A stretch of DNA of 62,346 nt from a virus (taxonomy: Duplodnaviria; Caudoviricetes), in the IMG/VR virus record IMGVR_UViG_3300036790_000248, positions 1 through 62,346 of that record; one strand, written 5' to 3'. Every line of letters starts with the position of its first letter. Position 1 is the stretch's first letter. Positions 1-9,860 of this stretch are shown here, one piece after another. A model generated the notes under the pieces. The model had not been told where the DNA came from and ran no database searches. It saw only the letters and a program-made list of their open reading frames with translations. Made by a program: the position numbers and the translations under genes.

Positions 1-152
1 AGCGCAGTGCGCGCCGGGCCGCGATCCATGTCCTTGATCGAGAGGATGGCATTGCGGCAGTTGGCCAGCGGGGCCAGCAGAGAGAGCCCGATGCCCCACT
101 CCGGTGGCTGGAAACGCAGCGAGCCGTCGCCGTTGCGCGACACGGTCGGCAG
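1..152. repeat. Terminal direct repeat, left copy (circular assembly overlap)
   Basis: 1-152 matches 62195-62346 except T53 vs G62247; an ORF reads continuously across the join. Confidence 0.95.
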
Positions 153-923
153 CAGCAGCGCAAGGCCGATCTTGGAGACTTGCTCGACGCCGCCCAACTG
201 CTTCCACTCCAGTTGCGCGACGGAGGGGAGGCGCGGCGACGGAGGCGCAGCCGCGGCGATTTCAGGATAGTAGTTCGCCGTGCCGTCCAGTTTCAGGTCT
301 TCGACGCGCATGCGGCGCAGTGCGGTAGCCATGGATTCCTCCGACCAGTACCAGATGAAAGAGTGGCCCGGCGCGTATTGCCAGCCGGGGCAGAGCTCGT
401 CGATGGCGCGGCGGACGCCTGGCTCACCGCGATCATGGCCGCACAGCAGGCCGCCGGGAGCCAGCCGGGCACGCCATATCAGGATGTCGCGGCGAACGTC
501 GTCGTATTCGTGGGAACCGTCGATGAACACCATGTCGGGCTGAAGGTCGCCGGGGCCGCGCCCCAGCCATTCCACTGGCAGCGCGTGGGTATCGCCGTGG
601 TCGGCCACGATCAGCGTGACCGGAAGGCCGCGCGTGTTGTAGAGGAATTCTTCGCGCAGGTTCTCCTGCGGGACGGCCAAGTCCGCGTCCCGCGGCCCAC
701 GCATGTCGTCGATACACCACACGCGACCGGGCGTGTTGATGGCCATGGCCGTGGTAGAGCGGCCGAGGTAGCAGCCTACCTCGACGATCCGCTGGTGCGC
801 CGTCGCCTGCTCCGCCAGCCATTGGAGTTCGTCGGGAAACGGCCAGCGCAGGTCGGGGGTCGCCAGCGCGCGCGTGATGTCCACCGTTGCGGTCGTCGCA
901 GCCGCAGCCGCAGTCGTCGCCAT
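1..923 (-). CDS. 5' part of junction-spanning class I SAM methyltransferase (Methyltransf_24-like) / GT2-like glycosyltransferase fusion, about 492 aa, continuing at 62194-61639
   Basis: Manual translation from ATG 923: MATTAAAAATT...RIVEVGCYLGRST...DMVFIDGSHEYDDVRRD...LAPGGLLCGHD; open to base 1 and in frame with the 61639..62337 ORF. Confidence 0.85.
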   Translation of the reverse strand, partial: MATTAAAAATTATVDITRALATPDLRWPFPDELQWLAEQATAHQRIVEVGCYLGRSTTAMAINTPGRVWCIDDMRGPRDADLAVPQENLREEFLYNTRGLPVTLIVADHGDTHALPVEWLGRGPGDLQPDMVFIDGSHEYDDVRRDILIWRARLAPGGLLCGHDRGEPGVRRAIDELCPGWQYAPGHSFIWYWSEESMATALRRMRVEDLKLDGTANYYPEIAAAAPPSPRLPSVAQLEWKQLGGVEQVSKIGLALLLPTVSRNGDGSLRFQPPEWGIGLSLLAPLANCRNAILSIKDMDRGPARTA

Positions 924-924
924 G

Positions 925-1152
925 TCACATCCTCCCGATCCACTCTACCTCGAAGTCCGTCAGCGACTCCAGCAATATTCCCTGCACCGCCGCCCGCGAG
1001 AACAATTCCGCGATCCACGCGCAAAAGTTGGCCTGACGGTCGTAGTGGCTGACGCGCACGCGTCGCCCCGCAACCGGGATTAGATCGCCGCCTGTACGCC
1101 GTGCTTCCCGCCCAGTGACTTCCATGTGGTGTACGCCCCTTCGCGGCCCCAT
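925..1152 (-). CDS. Small hypothetical protein (start uncertain)
   Basis: Fills the gap between nozzle gene and MTase-GT gene on the operon strand. Confidence 0.35.
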   Translation of the reverse strand: MGPRRGVHHMEVTGREARRTGGDLIPVAGRRVRVSHYDRQANFCAWIAELFSRAAVQGILLESLTDFEVEWIGRM

Positions 1153-4100
1153 GCGCCGACGAGGATCTCCCAGTCGTCGAGGTACAGCTGGAACTGTCCG
1201 GTGGATTGCGCCGCGAACGTATACAGCTGGCCCTTGTTATACGTCAGCACGACCAGCAACTTTTGATACGCGCCGCCGGTAGATGGCAGCGTGACCGGGA
1301 TCGGACTGGTGCCGTCGAACGCGGTGATGGTGAGCGTGATCGGCGCGGAGGCGACGTACGCAGCCACGATCCGCTGGATGTGCGAGAAGCCATTGTTGCC
1401 GAACGATGTCGCCTGCGTCTCCCACGTCTCGGCCAGCTCCGGCGTCGGCTCGAACACGAAGGTCACGTCGAAGAACCGCCATGGCGTGGTGTCTGTCGGG
1501 GACACCTGCACCGTATGTGCGATGAACGGCTGGTTGAACGAGTACGGCAGGATGGACTCGCCGTTGTGAACGACCTGCGGCGTGAACGCGTGGAAGGCCA
1601 GCGTATCGCCGTCGATGATCTGCAACGGCTTGACCGCACCGGAGGTGTCGGCGTGCAGCAGGAATCCCTGGAAGAACTTCGCGCCTTCGGTGCCGCCGTC
1701 GTACCAGTCCGAATCCCGGTCGCCGATCAATTCCGGCTTGACCAAAAACGATGGCTGCCATGCCTGGAGCACCGTGGCGGAGGTCTGCTGCGTATAGTCG
1801 TCCGTCCACTGGAGCAACATGCCGAGGAAGTCGGTGGTGAGGCCGCCGCCGAGGGAGACCGGGAGTTGCTGGCGGGTGGCTGCGGTGGGAATGTTGGTAG
1901 TGGGCGTCAGGGCCGCGCCCAGGGACGTGGGCACGACCAGCATCCCGTTGCTGGTTGCAGGGGTCAGGTCGAGCCACAGGTCACCCCACTGCGCGCCGGC
2001 GCGGATGTCACCGCCGTCCCACTCGCGGGTGGCGATCGAGCATGCGATCGGGGTGGTGTCGTCGTTTTGCAGGTTGGCCTCGGAGTACACCTCGCCGGAC
2101 GATGTTCCTACGACGGTCAGCGGGTAGGCGGTGCCGGTGGACAGCAGCGTGCCTTCCGGCTGCTCTGGTGTGTAGTAACAGGTCGGCACGAATCCGGCTG
2201 CGGGGGACGGCGCGTCCACCGCCCACGCCATGCGGTTGAGGTCGCAGACCAGTGTATGGTATGTCCCGGTCGTGTCTTGATAGACCGCGTACAGGTAGTG
2301 GTTGCCGTAGGTGAGCCGGAACGTGGCGGCGCGGGAGTAATCCGGCGCGTACACGGTGAGGCCGAGATAGGTCACGCTGGTGCCGGGTACGCCGTCGCGG
2401 GGAAACAGGTTAGAGAGGTCGGCGTCGGTGAGCGATCCGCGTCCAGTGCCCCAGATGCCGTCCTTGGCCCAGAAGTAGATTTCCTTGCCGTCGGTGCAGT
2501 GGCCGTAGGGTGCCGCGAGCCCGCGCGGAATCGGCTGCTGGATGACGGAGTAGCGTTGCGCGGCGTTGCCCGGTTGCGGGTACAGCGCCCACCAGCGGTT
2601 TGGCGACGCAACGAAGCTGAGGCCGTCGAGGACTTCGCCGCCGAGGAGCGGCTCCGACGGAGCGGTAATCTCCAGATTGTATGCCGAGGGTGCGGAGTCC
2701 GGCGCGTAGTTCTTGGCGAAGTAGAGCGTGCCGGGGCGGGAGGAGTCGCCGACCGCGAATACCGTACCTTCCGAGTCCGGGCCCCACATGTACGGGAGGA
2801 ATTGCTGCGCCGTCTGCGGCTCGTAGATCGTCGCCGGGACATTGGTCTGGGCGCCCGCGTTCTCCAGAAACTCGAACAGGTAGCTGGAGCCGGTGAGGAG
2901 CGTGGGCCGCTGGCGCAGCGTGTAGACGTTGATCCCTCCCAACTGGACGAGATTACCCGGCAGGTAGCGCGTCGGGCCCAGCGTGGCGGCGGCGTTGATT
3001 GTCACCACGGCAGTGAAGCCTGTGACGCTGGTCGCGGTGGCTTCGAGCGGCACGTCGATCGTCGGCCATGGCTGGAGGTTGTCGAACTCCAACTCCTCGC
3101 CCGCGGTCGCGGCCTCGTCGGAATAGTTGTCGGTGAAGGTGGCCGCTGAGGATGCGCACTGGCCGATCTTGCGCCATGACGTGACGGTGCCGCCATAACG
3201 GAACACGTCTGCCGTGTCGATCTGGGTGTCGTAGGCCAGTGACGGAAGGCTGACCGTGACCGCGTTGCGCCGGGCGGTGACGCCGTAGCGCATATCCGGC
3301 GACGGATTTCCCTTTGTGCCCGTGAGGGATGATCGTGGCCGGATGCGGTAGCGATATGGCGCGCCGGACGGCCCGGTATCTGGTGTTGGGCCACCGACCA
3401 GTGACATCTGACCTAATGCTGCATTGGTCGCAGCAGAGCAATTAAATAGATATTGCAGCTTGACCGTGTTGAACAGCGTTCGCGTCTGATCATTGCCGAC
3501 ACGGGTCAGGTCGCCGATGCGGATGTCGATTTCGGCCCACTGGCCATCACCGGGCGTAGTCTGCGCCGAGGACGCGGTGGATAACTGGTTGTTCGAGGCT
3601 GCCGCCGTTTCCTCGTCGATGGTGGCGCGCTGCGTCACTAGCTGGGCCGCGCCCAACTGTGTCAACGTGTTCTGGACGCCTGCCTCAATATCGGAGACGC
3701 GGATGGTGTAATAGTAGAAGTTCTGCGTGAACGATCCGTCGCCCACGTCGAGCAGGAACTTGAACTCGTTCAGCGACGCCAGCGTGTCGATCCGCACCGA
3801 GATGTGGATATAGTCGTCCTCTTGGAAAGAGAAGGCCGCGCCGAAGGTGAACATGCCTACGAGGGACGCTGCGGAAGTCTGTGTGCCGATGCCTGCGCCT
3901 GAGATAGCAAAGGTAACGTCGTCGGAGGTGATGGCGTTGCCCGGAACGTAGGTCGACGAGCCATTAACCTGAATCGCCGGAGGCTGTGTGAACGTTTCAG
4001 CCGTTGTGTGCGTGCCTGTCGTCGAGGTCTCGATGCAGATCGTGCCGTCCGGGCCTTCAGTAACTGACCATACGAGACAGGTTTCCGGGCCGCTGGACAG

Positions 4101-5036
4101 TTTGATGAGGGCTCCGCGCCGCAACGACGACAGTAACGACTTGACGTAGAGAGACTGGTCGACAGTGCCCGGCCCTGCGTCGACAGTGCCGGGGACGATC
4201 ACGCAACGCCCAGTCGTCCCGGAGAAGTAGAAGATGGACGAGATTGCAATGGCGTTGGTCTGGCCGGGGAACACGTCCCACACAATACAAGTCGACGCAG
4301 CTACGATCTGCACGACCATGCCCCGTGAATAAGTGATGCCTGCGGAGACGCCAACCGTAGACGGCCCGCTGTGCCCCAGCACGGGATCGAGGAACGCGGA
4401 TTGCACCGTGTCACTGATGCGTGTACCACCAGATACCGCGCCTGCAACGCCTGCGTGGCTGTAGCTCAATGACGCCACGAATATGGACTGGTACTGTCCC
4501 GTTCCCTGTCCCGCGTTGCAAGCCGTCGCAGGCTCCGCGATCCCCACTGCCTGCTGCGTCACCGCGTCGGCGGCACCGGGCGACGAGAGTTTCTCGTAGT
4601 CGTGGCCGTTGGTGATGTACATCCACGGGCTAGGGGACTCCGCGGGCCGGAACGGGATCATGGTCACACCGAATACAGGCTGCGACGCGTTGGTCAGCGT
4701 CCCCACAAGCGCGGAAGTGTTGCCCGGCTGGCCAAGGTAGATGCGGGTCACGTGGGCGGTGTTATTGACCGAGGCCGCAAGGAACCGGGGATTGTTGTCG
4801 GTTCCGAGGGCCGTGTAGGCGCGGATGTCGGTGACCGGGATCGCCTGCGTCGGGAACAGCGGCGAGAGGCCCCAGCGGGTACGCACTGAGTCGTCCCGCG
4901 TGGCGCGGACGTTGGCGGCGTAGGCGTATTTGTAGTCCGGCAGCGCGTCGGCGGTGGCGTTGGTCTTCATGCCGAGGAAGCGGAACCGGAAGCCTTCCTT
5001 GGGGCGCGTGTATTGCTGGCCGAGGTCAATCGCCAC
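1080..5036 (-). CDS. Large virion protein, probable podovirus tail nozzle / DNA-stabilisation protein (P22 gp10 / T7 gp12 analogue)
   Basis: 1318 aa, beta-rich and Thr/Ser/Gly-rich; directly downstream of an adaptor-like gene and upstream of needle/ejection genes. Confidence 0.6.
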   Translation of the reverse strand: MAIDLGQQYTRPKEGFRFRFLGMKTNATADALPDYKYAYAANVRATRDDSVRTRWGLSPLFPTQAIPVTDIRAYTALGTDNNPRFLAASVNNTAHVTRIYLGQPGNTSALVGTLTNASQPVFGVTMIPFRPAESPSPWMYITNGHDYEKLSSPGAADAVTQQAVGIAEPATACNAGQGTGQYQSIFVASLSYSHAGVAGAVSGGTRISDTVQSAFLDPVLGHSGPSTVGVSAGITYSRGMVVQIVAASTCIVWDVFPGQTNAIAISSIFYFSGTTGRCVIVPGTVDAGPGTVDQSLYVKSLLSSLRRGALIKLSSGPETCLVWSVTEGPDGTICIETSTTGTHTTAETFTQPPAIQVNGSSTYVPGNAITSDDVTFAISGAGIGTQTSAASLVGMFTFGAAFSFQEDDYIHISVRIDTLASLNEFKFLLDVGDGSFTQNFYYYTIRVSDIEAGVQNTLTQLGAAQLVTQRATIDEETAAASNNQLSTASSAQTTPGDGQWAEIDIRIGDLTRVGNDQTRTLFNTVKLQYLFNCSAATNAALGQMSLVGGPTPDTGPSGAPYRYRIRPRSSLTGTKGNPSPDMRYGVTARRNAVTVSLPSLAYDTQIDTADVFRYGGTVTSWRKIGQCASSAATFTDNYSDEAATAGEELEFDNLQPWPTIDVPLEATATSVTGFTAVVTINAAATLGPTRYLPGNLVQLGGINVYTLRQRPTLLTGSSYLFEFLENAGAQTNVPATIYEPQTAQQFLPYMWGPDSEGTVFAVGDSSRPGTLYFAKNYAPDSAPSAYNLEITAPSEPLLGGEVLDGLSFVASPNRWWALYPQPGNAAQRYSVIQQPIPRGLAAPYGHCTDGKEIYFWAKDGIWGTGRGSLTDADLSNLFPRDGVPGTSVTYLGLTVYAPDYSRAATFRLTYGNHYLYAVYQDTTGTYHTLVCDLNRMAWAVDAPSPAAGFVPTCYYTPEQPEGTLLSTGTAYPLTVVGTSSGEVYSEANLQNDDTTPIACSIATREWDGGDIRAGAQWGDLWLDLTPATSNGMLVVPTSLGAALTPTTNIPTAATRQQLPVSLGGGLTTDFLGMLLQWTDDYTQQTSATVLQAWQPSFLVKPELIGDRDSDWYDGGTEGAKFFQGFLLHADTSGAVKPLQIIDGDTLAFHAFTPQVVHNGESILPYSFNQPFIAHTVQVSPTDTTPWRFFDVTFVFEPTPELAETWETQATSFGNNGFSHIQRIVAAYVASAPITLTITAFDGTSPIPVTLPSTGGAYQKLLVVLTYNKGQLYTFAAQSTGQFQLYLDDWEILVGAWGREGAYTTWKSLGGKHGVQAAI

Positions 5037-6375
5037 TGGACACTCCTGCGCCTGTCGTCGGTGCGTCGGACGTGAATCGCGGGTTGCGCTCGGCGTCGAG
5101 CTGCGACTGCCCCTGCAACACTTCCGCGAACTGGCCCATCTCGGCGATACGGGATGCGTAGAGTGCCGCCAGGGACAGGAACCGCTGGTGCATCGGGATC
5201 GTGGCCGCGAACTCAGCCCCGCCCATCTTGAACGTGGCGATGTGCTGCGCCTCGTCGAGCAGGGCCTCGTAGATGTCGAGGGTCACGTTGATCGGGTCGG
5301 TGGGCACGGACGGCACAGGCGCGTTCTCGATGACGGTTGCGGTGACGGAGCGCGTGGTGGAGTCGGCGGCTGGCGTCAGCGCGATCAGGTTCAGCGACGC
5401 GACGAGGGCCTGCGCCGGAGTGCCCTTGGCCGCGCCTTGCCACGACGGGTTGTACTGGTCGGCGGACGTGACCGCGTCGATCTCCAGCGGGAGGTTGTTG
5501 ACGCGGATGCCGAGCAGGGCTGGCGCGATGGTCAGCAGGCGCATCCCGTCGGCGTAGCGCTGCTCGCAGTAGCGCTGCCGCGGCAGATCCTTGGCGTTGG
5601 ATTCGCGGCCGAGGAGATCCGCCAGCGCGCCCCACTTGGCAAGCCACGACCAGTCGTCGGGGATCACGATCGGGGAGCCGGTGGGGGAGGTGATGGCGGA
5701 GTTGGAGGTAAGGACTTCGTAGATCCCGCCAGCCACGTTGAGTTGTGTGTCCACGTCGAAAGTGAGGAGAGGCTGCGTCGACATTGCGTACGTGGAAGGG
5801 ATACCCGGCGGCAGGGTCGTATAGTCCGGCTCGAAGGACTGCCACGCCCACGAGTCGTCCTGCCACAGCGTCGAGGGCGCGAGGCCCGTCGCAGGATTCG
5901 GCAGGTACGCCACGCGGCGCAGGTCGAGCGTCGTCGGCAGCAGGGCGATCCGGCCTGCGACGCCCGCCAGCTGGAACTGGGTCAGGACGCAGGCTGTCGC
6001 GCCGAGGAGTTCGTTGATGCGTTGCTGGAGCGCGTTGCCGATGTCGGAGAGGGAGAATTGCGTGGAGCCCAGCCATATTGTGGAGGCGCCGTTCGGAGGC
6101 TCCAGCAGGTGGTACTCGATCACCGTGTAGAGATAGTCGATGACGAGGAGTTGCTGGCGCAGGGACGTGGCGGGAGTGGTGAGGTCGTACCACGTCTCAT
6201 TGTCGACGGTGGGAAAGGTGAAGTCGCCGCGCCAGTAACCCGTGTAGGCGTTCCACTCTCTCAACGATTCCTGTACGTACAGGGTGAGTTCGTCCTGCGA
6301 CCAGAACTGGTTGGTCGGATCGTAGAGCCGCTGCGAGAGCGCGGCCAGCATGGTCGATAGGGTGGTAACGGGCAA
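5026..6375 (-). CDS. Phage head-tail adaptor-like protein
   Basis: N-terminus LSQRLYDPTNQFWSQDELTLYVQESLREWN is typical of adaptor/tail tubular A proteins; precedes nozzle gene. Confidence 0.6.
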   Translation of the reverse strand: MPVTTLSTMLAALSQRLYDPTNQFWSQDELTLYVQESLREWNAYTGYWRGDFTFPTVDNETWYDLTTPATSLRQQLLVIDYLYTVIEYHLLEPPNGASTIWLGSTQFSLSDIGNALQQRINELLGATACVLTQFQLAGVAGRIALLPTTLDLRRVAYLPNPATGLAPSTLWQDDSWAWQSFEPDYTTLPPGIPSTYAMSTQPLLTFDVDTQLNVAGGIYEVLTSNSAITSPTGSPIVIPDDWSWLAKWGALADLLGRESNAKDLPRQRYCEQRYADGMRLLTIAPALLGIRVNNLPLEIDAVTSADQYNPSWQGAAKGTPAQALVASLNLIALTPAADSTTRSVTATVIENAPVPSVPTDPINVTLDIYEALLDEAQHIATFKMGGAEFAATIPMHQRFLSLAALYASRIAEMGQFAEVLQGQSQLDAERNPRFTSDAPTTGAGVSSGD

Positions 6376-6537
6376 TCACTTCCCCCCTCGCTTGCGGCGG
6401 CCTTTAGCGTGGTGCTTGACCTTGTGCTTCCTACCTCCCACGACGACTTCCTTGGCGTGTGTGGGGATGCCATGGATGTGCGTGTACGCACGGGACTTGC
6501 GATACGCCTCCTCGGACTTGAAGTGCTCGGTCGGCAT
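6376..6537 (-). CDS. Small basic His/Lys/Arg-rich protein (53 aa)
   Basis: MPTEHFKSEEAYRKSRAYTHIHGIPTHAKEVVVGGRKHKVKHHAKGRRKRGGK; GGAGGAG RBS; stop abuts TTG start of adaptor. Confidence 0.7.
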   Translation of the reverse strand: MPTEHFKSEEAYRKSRAYTHIHGIPTHAKEVVVGGRKHKVKHHAKGRRKRGGK

Positions 6538-6540
6538 GGC

Positions 6541-6714
6541 TCACTCCTCCGTGTCCCGCCCGTCGTTGGAGTCCCGGTCGGCCTTGCGCCGGGGCCGCAC
6601 ATGGCCGATGAACGCCGCAGGGTCGTCGGCGATCTCACGGACGTTAAGGCCGTCCCGCTGAACGCGGGGGGAGAATTGAGAGTCCTTGTCGCGGGTTTCG
6701 TCGTAGCAAGTCAC
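6541..6714 (-). CDS. Small hypothetical protein (57 aa)
   Basis: AAGGAGG RBS then GTG; MTCYDETRDKDSQFSPRVQRDG...RDTEE. Confidence 0.55.
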   Translation of the reverse strand: MTCYDETRDKDSQFSPRVQRDGLNVREIADDPAAFIGHVRPRRKADRDSNDGRDTEE

Positions 6715-6769
6715 GCCGGGCCTCCTTAGATCATGTGCTGCTTGTATTGCGTGTCCTTGAGCAACCTAG

Positions 6770-7141
6770 CTAGGCCGCCGGTTGCGGATTCGCCGGTGTG
6801 TTATTGAGAATCATGACCACGGCATTGACCAGCGCCTCCGCCTTATCCACGGTCACGTTCTGGATGCCCAAGTCCTTCATCATAGACTGAATGAGGTTCC
6901 CCGATGTCGTCATCACGGCAGCGAGCTTCTGCGTTCCTGTGCCCGTCTGTGCCCCTATGGCCGCATAGTTAGCCTCAGTCGTGGTGACTTGGTTGATGAT
7001 GAGGTTGAGCAGCGGCGCAGCCGCAGGCGCGAAGATGGATGCTGCGCTGACTGCTACCTCCTCGCCGATCACAAATGGCTTGGTATGGAACAACCAGTTA
7101 ACGTCATGTCCGATGGCCTGCATCACAGATTTGAAGCTCAT
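6770..7141 (-). CDS. Putative holin-like protein (LL-H-family-like)
   Basis: Pattern TTTEANYAAIG..TGTQKLAAV...GI...AEALVNAVVMILN; next to endolysin. Confidence 0.45.
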   Translation of the reverse strand: MSFKSVMQAIGHDVNWLFHTKPFVIGEEVAVSAASIFAPAAAPLLNLIINQVTTTEANYAAIGAQTGTGTQKLAAVMTTSGNLIQSMMKDLGIQNVTVDKAEALVNAVVMILNNTPANPQPAA

Positions 7142-7153
7142 AAAGTTTCTCCT

Positions 7154-7642
7154 TTACAACGCATTTGCGGCTTGCCACACTGCGACAAGTCCGCCGCTCG
7201 CTGCTAAATTCCTGACTTCATCCGGGGGTTCGGCAATCGGCCATGGGCCATTTAACTGGAAATGCGGCGCGTCGGGCAAGTTGCAAAAGTCTGACCCGGA
7301 AACCATGCCTAACGCCTTCCCTGCATTCTCCATCATGCCCCAGGTGGAATGAGTTAAATTCCAGTCGGGAGCATATGCCCGATCCGGGCCAAACTGTGAA
7401 GGCACGACATCCACCGCCAACCCGAAGTTGTGATAACTGTAGCCTCCGCGCACGTTGGTGACAATGTTGCCTGACTTGGTGCGCCCCTGAGCGTATAAGC
7501 CGTCCTGCTCGGAAGATGTTCTGAGGGCTTGCACGACGCGCAGATAGATTCCCTCTTGAGAGAGATTTGAGGCCAACTGACGAATCAATCGGCCGAGGGC
7601 AGGTGCGACTCCACCCAAGCGCATTTCGCTGACTGCATCCAT
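7154..7642 (-). CDS. Endolysin, M15-family peptidase (L-Ala-D-Glu type)
   Basis: LRTSSEQDGLYAQGRT..GNIVTN..GGYSYHNFGLAVD...DAPHFQL motifs. Confidence 0.92.
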   Translation of the reverse strand: MDAVSEMRLGGVAPALGRLIRQLASNLSQEGIYLRVVQALRTSSEQDGLYAQGRTKSGNIVTNVRGGYSYHNFGLAVDVVPSQFGPDRAYAPDWNLTHSTWGMMENAGKALGMVSGSDFCNLPDAPHFQLNGPWPIAEPPDEVRNLAASGGLVAVWQAANAL

Positions 7643-7849
7643 TTACCAGTTCTTCCTCGCACTGCGAGTCGGGAAGTCTTCTACCTTGACGCCGCGCTTC
7701 TCCGCTTCCGAAGCCATAAGCATTTCGTGTTCTACCATGAAGGTGCGGAGCGTAGAGCTAATCTTCCACAACCACCACAGGATGCCGCCGAGCGGGGCGA
7801 ACAGTACAATCTGCCCCGCCGACACATCCCACGTGAAGTGGATGCCCAT
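7643..7849 (-). CDS. Small single-TM membrane protein, holin candidate
   Basis: N-terminal hydrophobic segment, charged C-terminus, abuts endolysin start. Confidence 0.55.
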   Translation of the reverse strand: MGIHFTWDVSAGQIVLFAPLGGILWWLWKISSTLRTFMVEHEMLMASEAEKRGVKVEDFPTRSARKNW

Positions 7850-7850
7850 C

Positions 7851-8042
7851 TCAGGAGTAAGCTCCGATGTGCGCCCCGTTCGCCAGCGAATCTATCGCGA
7901 AGTACTGCGGATATATGCCGTAAGTTGTCTGGAATGTTGCGATGGCATTGCTCAGCGCAGTCGCACGAGTCGGCCCGGTTGTGTGGCTCGAAAGATCAAT
8001 GAAGGTCAGCTTGTCCGGCGGGCCCGATGGCGTTGGTGACAT
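7851..8042 (-). CDS. Hypothetical protein (63 aa)
   Basis: AAGGAG RBS before ATG 8042 (MSPTPSGPPDKL...). Confidence 0.55.
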   Translation of the reverse strand: MSPTPSGPPDKLTFIDLSSHTTGPTRATALSNAIATFQTTYGIYPQYFAIDSLANGAHIGAYS

Positions 8043-8541
8043 TTTCAATCTCCTTAGCGTTCCCCTGCTCGTCTCGCTCCCAAATGAAAGCGAGTCCGGT
8101 GTCTCGAATACTCTTGCAATCTCCCTGCTCCTCCCAGATCGCGTGGTCGGCAATGTAGCCCGCCCAGATCACTGACTCGTTCGGGAAGTCAGGGCATCCC
8201 TGATAAATGAACGTGCCCAGTTCGTCATCGTGCATCCGCCACATATCGTGGCCAAGTTTTGTGAGCACCTGCACATGATGGTGGAGTTCGCGGGGGTACG
8301 GTTCCGGGCGCGAGGCGGCGAAGGCGAATATCCCGCAACAGAACATGGCGAACCAGATCGGCCACCAACGCGCTTCCCCATGATTCTGCCAGTCACTCAT
8401 CGGTTTCTCCCGGCGGCGTTCGCGCTTCCATTTTCTCCACTTTCCTCTTAAGAGTGTCATTATCAGACAGCAGACTGCGAATCCACAGAACAAGCGCCCC
8501 GACCATGTATAAACATCCGGTATGGTTTTCAGTGGCCACAT
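7996..8541 (-). CDS. Membrane protein, hypothetical (alternative start at 8400)
   Basis: Hydrophobic segments LFCGFAVCCLIMTLL and WWPIWFAMFCCGIFAFAA. Confidence 0.5.
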   Translation of the reverse strand: MWPLKTIPDVYTWSGRLFCGFAVCCLIMTLLRGKWRKWKRERRREKPMSDWQNHGEARWWPIWFAMFCCGIFAFAASRPEPYPRELHHHVQVLTKLGHDMWRMHDDELGTFIYQGCPDFPNESVIWAGYIADHAIWEEQGDCKSIRDTGLAFIWERDEQGNAKEIENVTNAIGPAGQADLH

Positions 8542-8605
8542 TGCTCTTTGTAGTCCTCTATTACGAAATGCGAACGGATAAACTTTCCTGTAACGAAAGC
8601 CGAAA

Positions 8606-8803
8606 CTATCGCGGCCAGTTCCAGTGTGCCGCAGGCCCAACCAAACCCAGCAGCATGTAAATCAAGACAATCGCGCATATCACCGCGAATACTACGGTGA
8701 CGATCTGCTTCACGGGCGGAGGCAGGGGAATCAAACTAAGAACCCACCAGACCAGCCCGAACACGATGCAAAGAATCAGCAGATAGATCAGGAACGAGAT
8801 CAT
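8606..8803 (-). CDS. Two-TM small membrane protein (Thivi_2564-like)
   Basis: MISFLIYLLILCIVFGLVWWVLSLIPLPPPVKQIVTVVFAVICAIVLIYMLLG; ATGA overlap with upstream gene. Confidence 0.75.
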   Translation of the reverse strand: MISFLIYLLILCIVFGLVWWVLSLIPLPPPVKQIVTVVFAVICAIVLIYMLLGLVGPAAHWNWPR

Positions 8804-9276
8804 TTTCCCTCCGGATTCAACGTCGTCGTTTTCGATTGAAGTTGAGTCACTTCGGTTGTCTGCGTAACGAGTTGCGCCTGCACCACGGCAGTCTGCGGCA
8901 AGGGGCCGGGCATTTGCGGGACGATATCCTTCACGAAGGGGATCTTGGTCACCGAGAAGTCCACAACGGAATCGACCACATACCCAAACATGGCCGCCAC
9001 GGGAGCAAACTGCGTAATCATGGAAACGCCCCATGAATAGTTCTCCCAGCCGAAGTAGGCGAGAGCTTTGTCAGTCACTCCCGGAGTGAACAGCAGCCAA
9101 AAGGCCGTGCCGTCGATGAAGGCGCGCACTAGCAGAGGGGCCCACGATCTTTGCAGCCAATGGGTGTAACTGGTGGCAATGGGATTCGGCGGATTGATGC
9201 CGAAATAAGCCCTCTTGAGCCAGAAGGTGGCCATCCCGATGGTAAACCAGAGCCAGAGCCAGAGTTCGTGCTTCAT
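8800..9276 (-). CDS. Multi-pass membrane protein, holin-like candidate
   Basis: About 3 hydrophobic segments; TGATG coupling with collagen gene. Confidence 0.6.
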   Translation of the reverse strand: MKHELWLWLWFTIGMATFWLKRAYFGINPPNPIATSYTHWLQRSWAPLLVRAFIDGTAFWLLFTPGVTDKALAYFGWENYSWGVSMITQFAPVAAMFGYVVDSVVDFSVTKIPFVKDIVPQMPGPLPQTAVVQAQLVTQTTEVTQLQSKTTTLNPEGK

Positions 9277-9860
9277 CAGTGGCACCCCGAAAGCGTGACC
9301 GTGCCGTTATGCGCGGTCGTGAGCTTGGAACAGATGAAGGAGGGAGGCATCGCGCCGGCAGGGCCTTGCTTGCCCGTAGCCCCAGTCGGCCCGGTTGCGC
9401 CGGTTGCGCCCTTCGGCCCGGCGGGGCCTGTGGCTCCAGCCACGCCCTGCACGCCCTGCGGCCCGGTAGCTCCCTGCGGGCCGGTAGGCCCAGTAGCTCC
9501 CTGTGCGCCCTGACTCCCAGCCGGGCCGGGAGAGCCGGGAGGCCCAGATGGCCCCGGCGGCCCAACCTGCGGCACGTACCCCGCGCCGGAATCGACGAGG
9601 ATCGCGCCGTTGCTGAGGCATACGACGGGGATCGCGGCGGTGCCAATGCCGGGAGGACACGGCGCGGCGGTCGTGGCGGCGGTGAACGAGATCGTGGTCG
9701 TGGGCGATGCGCCCGGCTGCGGGATCACGTAGATCGGCCCCTGGATGCACGTGGCTCCAGCGGGCGCGGTCGTAGGACACTTGACGACTTGGCCGTGCGC
9801 CGTCGCTGCAAACGGCAGCAGCAGAAGCAGCAGGGTTAGCAGGGCCCGGTGGATACGCAT
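9276..9860 (-). CDS. Collagen-like (Gly-X-Y) protein with signal peptide
   Basis: AGGAGG RBS; [23 protein letters not shown] signal; about 20 G-X-Y triplets; 6 Cys. Confidence 0.85.
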   Translation of the reverse strand: MRIHRALLTLLLLLLPFAATAHGQVVKCPTTAPAGATCIQGPIYVIPQPGASPTTTISFTAATTAAPCPPGIGTAAIPVVCLSNGAILVDSGAGYVPQVGPPGPSGPPGSPGPAGSQGAQGATGPTGPQGATGPQGVQGVAGATGPAGPKGATGATGPTGATGKQGPAGAMPPSFICSKLTTAHNGTVTLSGCH

